Shown: positions 49,101 to 64,000 of the stretch, in pieces
Layout: each line of letters begins with the position of its first letter
How positions within the stretch are numbered: position 1 is the stretch's first letter
Made by a program: the position numbers and the translations under genes
Origin: Styela clava
Taxonomy: Eukaryota
Assembly: GCF_964204865.1 (NCBI RefSeq)
Contig: NC_135258.1
Coordinates: forward strand, 13,330,001-13,394,000
Direction of reading: 5' to 3'
DNA: 64,000 nt
Notes under the pieces: generated by a model
Told to the model about the DNA's origin: nothing
What the model saw: only the letters and a program-made list of their open reading frames with translations
The model's database searches: none

Positions 49101-50892
49101 CGATAATTACTTAATTAAATTATACACTATGTGAACACTCTTGAATAAGAATGTCACGTCTTATATTTTTTTCAATTTTTATCTTTATTTTGCAGCTTCA
49201 AAAGGCTTATCACCTGTTCTTGCTACAGTCGTTGCTTTAGGTTGTGGTCTAGTTTTAATCGTTGTTATTGCTGTTGCAATCAAAATATTTAAGAATATCA
49301 AGACATTCCGTTTTAGTCGCCTGCATGAGATGCCAATGGTAAGTTATGATATTTAACATGATTTCCTATTGTAATAGATAAGAACACAAATAATGCAATC
49401 ATTGCATGCCATGAATCATATATATAGACATCTAAAGGGAAATAGTTTGACTACCAATATTGGTATATGACCCATCTATTTGCAGCTTCCTGATTTATTC
49501 AGCGTACTAATTTTTGTTGTCATAACATGATAGATGTTAATCACAGTGTATACTTCCTCAATATAATTGTGATGCATGGGAACTTGTCTGTTTTGATTGC
49601 CTGTGTTAGAGGTAAGATCGGGCTAACAAATTCCAGCCCGGCCCGTGGGTATTAAACCCGACCCGAGCCCGACTAATTAACTGGATTTGCAGGCTCGACC
49701 TGACCCGGGCCCGTGAGTAATAAAACCCGACCCTAGCCCGACTAATTAACTGGATTTGCAGGCCCGACCCGGGCCCGTGAGTAATAAAACCCGACCCTAG
49801 CCCGACTAATTAACTGGATTTGCAGGCCCGACCCGACCCCGTGAGTAATAAAACCCGACCCTAGCCCGACTAATTAACTGAATTTGCAGGCCCGACTAAT
49901 TAAAGGGATTTGCAGGCCCGACCCACTAACTAACCGGCTTTGCAGGCCCGAAATTTCATATTTTATTTAGTTCTTCGAATTGTCATTGCAAGAGTTTAGT
50001 ACAGAATAGGGGAATGCTGGGACATATTTCTTTTTTTGTGAGCTCTATAATCTGCACATTCATTTGACAATGCGGGGCTAATAGATAGAGGGTAGCTAAA
50101 GGTTTTACTGGGCAAACTAAGAAATTCCCTAGCGACACACATATTATCATCAAGAGGCATTCAAAAACGTGTGTCAAATGTCCCGCTGCATTCCACTTGT
50201 GCGGCACATTAAATTAAACGAGGTATGCCGTTAAAAAGCAATGAATAAGCATCATCATCCAAAGAACTACGAAACTTTAAATTTCAAAATTTAATATTTA
50301 TGAAATCGGAACCACTCTGAAAAATAGTTTCTAATAAACATCTATTTATTTATGAAAAATCCAGCGATATATAAGCCCGACCCGAACGTAATTATTGACT
50401 TTTCAGGCCCGACCCAACCTGAACGCAATGTTTGACATTTTAGGCCCGGCCCGAACGTAATGATTAACAATATAGGTCCGACCCGAAATATCGGGTCGGG
50501 CTCCAGATCTTAGCTCTAGCCTGTGTTATATAAGTTTAAAACTATGTATGTTTACCTAGGTTTAGGTTTACCTATCGTAGTTTGGAAGGACCAGAATCTT
50601 CCTGGTTCAGCATCCCTACCCAATTCAATACACCATAATAATATAAAGTAAATTCATTACGCATAGAACTTCTGATGCAGTTAATTCAATGGCCTCTTTG
50701 TATTTACTAGCAACTGGCTATATCTGCAGCAAACAATCCTATACCCAATCTCATCGCTAGCTTTATTGTACGTAATTGTGTAGGTGCTTATTGTATAAAG
50801 TCATATAAATTGTTATTTTATATTTTCAGGATGACTTTGATGATTACTCAGGAGTCTATGCAGAGCATACTGTTCCAATTAGGCCACTGTAA
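46144..50892 (+). CDS. Single-pass mucin-like (Ser/Thr/Asn-rich) type I membrane glycoprotein, ~289 aa
   Basis: Exons 46144-46195, 46554-46596, 47044-47522, 48325-48414, 49196-49338, 50830-50892, phases consistent. Signal peptide MPKKVFTCAGLIVFFITG, S/T-rich ectodomain with many NxS/T sequons, TM VLATVVALGCGLVLIVVIAVAI, tail FRFSRLHEMPMDDFDDYSGVYAEHTVPIRPL. AATAAA at 51911. Confidence 0.85.
47670..47905. mobile_element. Palindromic MITE with internal telomere-like TTAGGG repeats and 8-bp TSD (Merlin- or MULE-like)
   Basis: ~75-bp imperfect TIRs GGGGCTCCCGAAGTATGCGAACCAAGATGGCGGACATCGGAA / TTCCGATGTCCGCCATCTTGGTTCGCATACTTTGGGAGCACC. Perfect TSD ATAAAAAG at 47662-47669 and 47906-47913. An extra, older right arm follows at ~47925-47999. 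Confidence 0.9.
48481..49018. mobile_element. hAT MITE (Buster/Charlie-like)
   Basis: Termini CAGGGGTTCCCAAAC / GTTTGGAACCGCTG. TSD CTCTAATC / CTCTAGTC. GCGGGCC subterminal repeats at both ends. Confidence 0.88.
49607..50518. mobile_element. Non-autonomous hAT with CCCGA-rich subterminal arrays
   Basis: 13-bp TIRs TAGAGGTAAGATC / GATCTTAGCTCTA (1 mismatch). Perfect TSD GCCTGTGT at 49599-49606 and 50519-50526. Confidence 0.92.
49636..49951 (+). repeat. Minisatellite of ~64-bp units (about 4 copies plus partials) inside the hAT element
   Basis: Unit CCCGTGAGTAATAAAACCCGACCCTAGCCCGACTAATTAACTGGATTTGCAGGCCCGACCCG repeated head to tail. A second array of ~37-bp units lies at 50375-50490. Confidence 0.9.
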
Positions 50893-52025
50893 ACAATGAA
50901 TCAAATCGAGACTGACGACATAATTATGATGATCACTGTATTGCATATTTATGGAACATTTTACTGCGGTGCATATATTTCAGATTTTTTTGTTCCTTAT
51001 GTACATATTCCACTGTGTTGTGACTGCACTTCTGATGTATTTATTTGCGCCACTGCCGGCCTATTGAAAGCCATGTTTATCTAGATAGGGTCTAACTAGT
51101 TGGGCTTTCTTTGACCATGTTTCCCATGAACGCCATTATGGCAAAACCGCTTGCTTGCGGTGAATGATGAAATTTAGCCCGGGACATATATATTTGTCAA
51201 TTGAAGGACTTCATTTTAGCAGATTTGACTACGATCTGAAATGCCATGCTCGGCAAACAATTATAAAGCTTCGATAAATCTATGTGTATAAGGGGTCGAA
51301 GATTATCATGTATTTTTTCCTTCGATTAATCCGTTCTTCCCATTCAAATGAGACCTGCTTTATAGTTTGAATGTTTATGGCTCTAGACTGGAGACACCAA
51401 GCGCAACTAAGATAAAACTGGAAACTGATTTTACTAATATTTTATAACATAAGTCTAGTGTTGGTGATTTCATTTTTTTTTTTTTTTAAAATGTGTCTGA
51501 AATTCCCATGCCTGACATGTCACATTGCTCTATGTGTAACCATGTACACATTCTCTGTCTGTATCTTTCCTCTTAAGCACAATGTCCCATACTTTTGTTC
51601 CAATTTTATTTCCTCCGGCATTAAACATTCCAGGCAGTTGCCAAGCGTCACTTCAGATTAGTTTTAAAAGCCCTGTGTTGGAAATAGTAGATTGGCAAAA
51701 ATGATTGTGGTGTTTTATTGCGTTTTTATAGCAGCGTTTCATTGAAATAGTGCTTGTTTCATAATTATATGCAAGCTGGGTGTGGCTAGCCTAGGACTTT
51801 TTATTAGAGACTAATTTAAAGTTACAGCAACAATACTAATGATTTTCAATTAACAGTAATGACAGGCAACAAATTGATCAAAGCTTCTGTGCATTTTAAA
51901 ACACTGTTGCAATAAAAAGGTTTTTCTGTGTACACTGTTGTAATTTTATTATATGCCGTGTGGGTTCACCCAATTGTCAGCGAATTATCCACCAAACGCA
52001 TACAATTCAATTCAAGGGGTATTCC

Positions 52026-52348
52026 TGCAGTTTCGTACCTCAAGAACTTCTTCTACTGGGTGTAGCAGAAAGATTTTTTTCACATGTCAATCAATACTAA
52101 CCCCCACCTGACCGACAGAGGTTGCCAAAGTATGCCGACGATACAGAACTCACTAACGGCAGCAATCTCTCTAATATCGAGATCGTTGAGACGAGAGAAA
52201 TGGTTTGCTCAATTTCGGGTGATCATCTGCGCATCTTGGATGACAGTTTGAAGGGCCTTATTTGACGCAGTCAGGTTGGGGTTAGTATTGACATGTGCAA
52301 AAATTGTTATGCTACGTCCACTAGGAGTACTTGAGGTTCGGCACTACA
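52026..52348. repeat. Imperfect inverted repeat (~90-bp arms) with possible RT-derived sequence
   Basis: 52026-52116 pairs with 52264-52348, e.g. CACATGTCAAT..ACTAACCCC.ACCTGAC versus GTCAGGTTGGGGTTAGTATTGACATGTG. Confidence 0.75.
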
Positions 52349-52516
52349 TTAGACCCGATTAAGTTAGAAAGTACTCATAAGCTCCACAAAAAGTACTAGC
52401 CAGCTTTATTTTTTTTGAAGAGCGCATTTGGCAAATTGGAAACAATTCAGACAATTTTCCCTTTATTGCATTTTTTTTAGTTGTTGCTTGGAGCAAGATC
52501 AAGCTAAGAAGCTGTA

Positions 52517-53416
52517 TCATGTTCTGATCTTAGGGTCTTTTATTGACTTCTTTGGATCACAAGTGAAAGAAATTGTGATTGCATATCTCACACCTGATGT
52601 CACTTTTTCGACGTGGTGTGGGTTCTCTGATCCGGAGGTAAAAAAGGATAATCTTCCGCGTTTGGGTTCAATGATAACACTATTTGCATCATCGAAAATG
52701 AATCTTCCACCTTCGAAATCTTTTTTATAACTAGTTAGATATAGCAGCGATGTATAATCAAACGATCCATATTGAATTTTATCTATATGCTTATGCCAAT
52801 ATTCATCATGCTGAGTTTTTGCTGAAGTATTGGTGATTGACGAGAAAAAGGTTGGATGCGTTAAATATAATTTTGAAGGATCGATTCCGAATTCTTCTGA
52901 AATTGTCTTGTGAACTCTGGATTTAACATCGTTGTATAATTCAAAGTCTTCATCTCTAAATGTTTCCAAAAGAGCATCATTTTCTAAAAACTTATAAATA
53001 TTGACAAAACGTTCACCCATAGACAAAGCCCCAGAATGTAAATCAAGAATTGATGCTCCACCATCAGACCCACCATGTGCAAAACCTCGTTTTGCAAGAG
53101 CTAGTAACTGCTCAACTTCCTCATCACTCACAATATTATCCCGGACAAAACGTCCGCAAGTTTTAATTGGAGTGCATTCAGTAAAAATGGGATGTTCTTT
53201 ATAATCCTCTGAACATGTAATATTATAGCTCCCACCAATGTCTTCTATTGTCACCACCTTGTTTTGGTGCGGATTTGAAAAATACACAATATAGAAACCC
53301 GCAATACAAGAAAATAATCCCACTGCTGTTGCAATAATATTATTTGATAGCAGTTTGGTCTTTTTTTGATTATTTTTCTCCCGTTTAGGATTGTTCTTTT
53401 GTCTCTTTGCTCCCAT
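52517..53416 (-). CDS. OGFOD3: 2-oxoglutarate/Fe(II)-dependent oxygenase domain-containing protein 3
   Basis: 299-aa ORF with a basic N-terminus, a type II TM segment, GGSDGGASILDLHSGALS, LYLTHPTFFS, HDEYWHKHIDK (HxD), YTSLLYL..FEGGRF, and FTSGSENPHHVEKVTSGVRYAITISFTC (distal His, RxA). Confidence 0.96.
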   Translation of the reverse strand: MGAKRQKNNPKREKNNQKKTKLLSNNIIATAVGLFSCIAGFYIVYFSNPHQNKVVTIEDIGGSYNITCSEDYKEHPIFTECTPIKTCGRFVRDNIVSDEEVEQLLALAKRGFAHGGSDGGASILDLHSGALSMGERFVNIYKFLENDALLETFRDEDFELYNDVKSRVHKTISEEFGIDPSKLYLTHPTFFSSITNTSAKTQHDEYWHKHIDKIQYGSFDYTSLLYLTSYKKDFEGGRFIFDDANSVIIEPKRGRLSFFTSGSENPHHVEKVTSGVRYAITISFTCDPKKSIKDPKIRT

Positions 53417-54774
53417 TTTACTGTTATACAGCTAGATTTGAGTATTTTACAGCTTCAAACTGAAATCAATGTAAGCATATTGCATCGCTTATGTACGGTA
53501 ATCAAGCAATAAGTATTTTTTGAAGATATTGCACAATAGTTATATTAGAAAGATATAGAGTGACAAAAGACCATATTAAATATCTTTTCTTATACACACA
53601 ACACTGAGGAAAATTGATGTATTTCTCCACAATTACATTTTCGCGAAACCACATTCAGACATTGCGGTTCTGGATATCTTACTAGGCTATAACCACTTTG
53701 AAAAAGATGGTAAGTTCACAAAATAAAGGTTTGCATAGTCTCAACATAGCGGACTACATTCTTAAATCTGTACATGACATTTGCCAAGTACGGTACCGGT
53801 ACCGTGCGCCGTGCGGTATGGTACCCTACGTATCAAATTTGATGAATGATACCTGTACATCGCCACGATGCGACTGGCCATTGACAAGATGGCATTTCAC
53901 CGTGAAACGGCGAGGAAATTCCGTAAATCTAAACATTTGATTACCTCTGCATGGTAAAAAATATAAAACTATCTCGAATTCTTTTTAAAACCAATTTGTA
54001 AGCGCTAACTCACTAAAAATACTCTTGATTTTGGGGGCAAAGGTCGGAGCCAAGAACAAGAACAAATTTGTTTTGACATTTAGTATAGACGCTTTAAATG
54101 CCTGAGATAGATGAATCAAACAATTCCGAAGTCGAGCACATTTAAGATTTTTGTGTAGAAGCTTTTGAGTGAGTCGTCTGGCAACGGAATTTCAGAATTT
54201 ACTAAACCTTGATCACATGACGTCATAAGTGTTCAAAAGATGATACCAGAACATTTTCGAACAAAATTGATCGGAACACTTGCATTTCGTATCCCTATCG
54301 CAGTACCAGCAGGCATCGTATTCGTAAGCCTGTATCGGTAACGGGTAACGTCTGAACGGGCATTAGTGTCGTTAAGTCTGTAAGAACTGAGGTGCGAGAA
54401 TCTTTAAGTGGGAACTGCACCATTCTTGTGTAGTTATCTGTGATAAACTTAGGATTTTTTTTATTACGTACCGGTACTATGAGATTTAGACTGTTAGAGC
54501 AAATCAACATTCTGACATTGAAATCTGAAAACTGGAAAAGAGAAACAGCTATCGAGGTTCAGAGGTTCGATTGATTCTATTTGTTTATGTTTCCTTTCTG
54601 GCAAGTCTTGTTCTGCAGTTCTGTTTGTTTAGCCAACTGCCATAGACTGACTGATGGCTAAATTTTTAAAGCCAAAACCTAACCGCCCTGTTAACCTTTT
54701 ACTTTTCTCATATTTGTTCAGATATTGTACTAATTAAATTTTATTAGTTTTTACGTCTCTCTGAAACAAGCAAA
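53417..54774. promoter_or_regulatory. Divergent promoter region between OGFOD3 and CIR1, with a full CRE site
   Basis: Head-to-head genes 1.36 kb apart, locally CpG-richer. TGACGTCA at 54218-54225. Acceptor-like TTTGTTCAG at 54721 precedes the CIR1 ATG. Confidence 0.5.
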
Positions 54775-55827
54775 ATGGGGAAATCATTTAATAATTATAT
54801 GTGCAAGAAGGATTTTCATCCAGCATCAAGAGACAACATCAAAAGAGTATGGATGAGACAACAAAAACTTGACCACGAAAAGAGGAAACAGGAGGAAATG
54901 ATGGAACAATACAGAAAAGAACAAGATATGCATGAAACTAGGGTATTAATGGGAGACAGCAAGGCTAAACTGGGATTGAGTTTCATGTATGATGCGCCTC
55001 CCGGATTACAAAAGAAAAAAGAAGAAGAGGACACAACGGAATACAAATTTGAATGGCAAAGGAACGCACCTCGTGAAAAATGGATGAAAGATGACAAACA
55101 GACGCTAAACGACCAGCCTTTCGGAGTATGTGTTCGTAATGTGAGATGCATAAAATGTCACCAATGGGGGCATATTAACACAGATCGAGAATGTCCTCTG
55201 TATAATAAAACATCTTCTTTTGATCCTAGCATGACAATGATGGATCCATCAGCTGCGGCTGGTGCAATGCAGTCCACTTCTGGTCTTAAATTAAAACCAC
55301 AAATAATGCAAAATCATTTTGAAATAAAGGATCAAAAGCATGATATTGTCAAACATGAAGAAGATGAGCCGGAAGTTGCATTTTTAAAAAATCTTTCTGA
55401 CAAACAGAAAATGAAATTATTAAGAAGGCTGAATCGCATGGAAAAGAAGAAGAAAAAGAAGAAATCAGGAAGGAATAAAAAAAGTAAACACAGCTCCTCA
55501 GCAGAGTCTGATTCAGAAAGTGACAATGAAAAGAAGTCCAAAAAGCAGCAAAAGTTGAAAAGAAAAGAGCGTTCCAAAAAGAATGATTCATCAGAATCAG
55601 AGGATGACTCTCCAAAAAAGAAAAAAAAATCTAAAAGGCATTCAGAATCTGATGATGACCTGCCAAAAGAGAGAAAATCTAAAGATTACAATAAGAAAAT
55701 TCATCCTAAAGATGAATCTTCATCAAGGCACGATCGATCACAAAAATACTCTCATGATGATAAATATGAGAAAGCAAGAAATCGAGAAAAGGGACATGAA
55801 AGACGAGACTTTCATAGACGCCATTGA
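54775..55827 (+). CDS. CIR1: Corepressor interacting with RBPJ 1 (CIR1, splicing-associated)
   Basis: 350-aa ORF: [24 protein letters not shown] (Cir_N), [23 protein letters not shown], zinc knuckle [29 protein letters not shown], and a Lys/Ser-rich tail. Confidence 0.97.
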   Translation: MGKSFNNYMCKKDFHPASRDNIKRVWMRQQKLDHEKRKQEEMMEQYRKEQDMHETRVLMGDSKAKLGLSFMYDAPPGLQKKKEEEDTTEYKFEWQRNAPREKWMKDDKQTLNDQPFGVCVRNVRCIKCHQWGHINTDRECPLYNKTSSFDPSMTMMDPSAAAGAMQSTSGLKLKPQIMQNHFEIKDQKHDIVKHEEDEPEVAFLKNLSDKQKMKLLRRLNRMEKKKKKKKSGRNKKSKHSSSAESDSESDNEKKSKKQQKLKRKERSKKNDSSESEDDSPKKKKKSKRHSESDDDLPKERKSKDYNKKIHPKDESSSRHDRSQKYSHDDKYEKARNREKGHERRDFHRRH

Positions 55828-57084
55828 TATTTACACATTTAATTCTTGTACAAATTAATCGTTTTTCATTAATTCAGACATTGCCAATGAAACATCCTTA
55901 TTGATGTATATAGTGAGAAGTTTTTTTTTCAATTTTTGGCATGATTCTTTTGGTTATTTTTAACAAAGCCCATCTTGAATAGTAGAATTTTGACGTTTAG
56001 AAGTTTGCTTCACTAATCTTACATTTTACTTTATTCCAAATTCAGATGAGGCTTCTGATGCATTTATCTTTTTCTTTACGTTATTATTTTGGTTGAATCG
56101 AAAATAAGATTATAACAGCTCATGTTCGAAACAAATTGAAATTATTTACATTCAAAGATTTTTTTCAAGAATTATTCCAGTAGGCCTACTCAATTTGAAA
56201 AATAATTATTTTGAGTGCCGATAATTAAAGTTGATGATTCATCTCTGAAATTTGTAAGAAATACAAAACCAGTCAAATCACTTTATATCTAAATTTACCT
56301 GCATTTCCTGATCCGAACCCTTTGAATGTTTACTGATTGCTCTATGTATTTTTCATTGAACATGACCCAATTCATAATATAATCGTTGTTCTATGTTCGA
56401 AAATATCGTTCTAGAATGCATTTGGAATAGTGGATTCATTCGGTTCTTGGCAATCCCTGACCTTGTGTGGCATCAAGTTTTTGGAAATTTCTTTTATGAG
56501 TTTATTGACATATTTGTTTAAATACATCGTACCTTTGTATATATATATATTCAGTGGTTTCTAGTTTTACTGATTGTCTGTAACCATTAATTAATTCTTG
56601 GATACAGTGGAAATCTATTTTTGATTTTGTGGTAATTTCAATAACTAATTCAATAATTAGGTTGTGCTTTATGCTTTAGCATCATCAGTAATTTATATGC
56701 CCAGTTAATAACAGTAATAGTGAATTTGATTTGTATTTGCGAGTAATATAGAATATTGTATTGTTACTTCCTCTTATCAATATAACTATGAATATACTGT
56801 ATGTATGTTTACTATGGTCATGCTTTATTACTTTTATTCATTATTTTTAAAGCTAAACGTTATCTGTTGCCATGAATAGTGATGCATACCATGTTTGATT
56901 AATTGATTAGGCGCTTGTGATTGCAACAGCATGTATGAAGGCTCAAGGGTACTGTGATTTTGTGGGCTATGTAGAATGAAAGTTTGATTCATGGTAGATT
57001 GTGAATTGTTATAAAACTTGATTAAGAAGTTCTGCTGTTATCTTCTGATTTTTGAACTCTGACAATACAACTGTGACATGAGAT

Positions 57085-63935
<6,851 letters not shown>

Positions 63936-64000
63936 AATTTTTATATTCACTTGAAAAAAGAATTTCATCAGCATATTACCCCAGAAATTGCGCATTTTTA

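Noticed and set aside
49636-49951. CRISPR-like array
   Set aside because: The units are contiguous tandem copies with no unique spacers, inside a eukaryotic hAT element, and there are no cas genes.
54816-55858. Antisense and alternate-frame ORFs over CIR1 (likewise over SNRNP35, OGFOD3 and the mucin exon)
   Set aside because: They are shadows of biased codon content in the real CDSs and contain no recognisable domains.

Overview
AT-rich, intron-rich animal genomic DNA with no prokaryotic features. Gene content and compact spacing suggest an invertebrate chordate such as an ascidian (inference). I could reconstruct eight protein-coding genes by hand with consistent intron phases: an FFAR4/GPR120-like class A GPCR (+, 7 exons), a WDR87/WDR97-like WD40 protein (-, 22 exons), PCCA (-, 17 exons), SNRNP35 (+, intronless CDS), a mucin-like type I membrane glycoprotein (+, 6 exons), OGFOD3 (-, intronless CDS), CIR1 (+, intronless CDS) and an STK32/YANK kinase (+, 8 exons). 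Introns and intergenic DNA hold many non-autonomous DNA transposons with readable TIRs and TSDs (several hAT lineages, piggyBac, mariner-like, a TTAGGG-containing MITE family, a Helentron-associated element) plus SINE and LINE remnants. The best leads are: two candidate trans-splicing operons (SNRNP35 to mucin-like gene, CIR1 to STK32); an FFAR4-like receptor that keeps the Arg2.64 carboxylate anchor but has lost Asp2.50; a hAT MITE carrying an Academ-like Cys-finger fragment; a GC-AG junction with an isometric GT-AG alternative; a 90-nt exon with three NGT sequons; and a fold-back with RT-like peptides on both strands. Family assignments come from recalled sequence motifs, not database searches.
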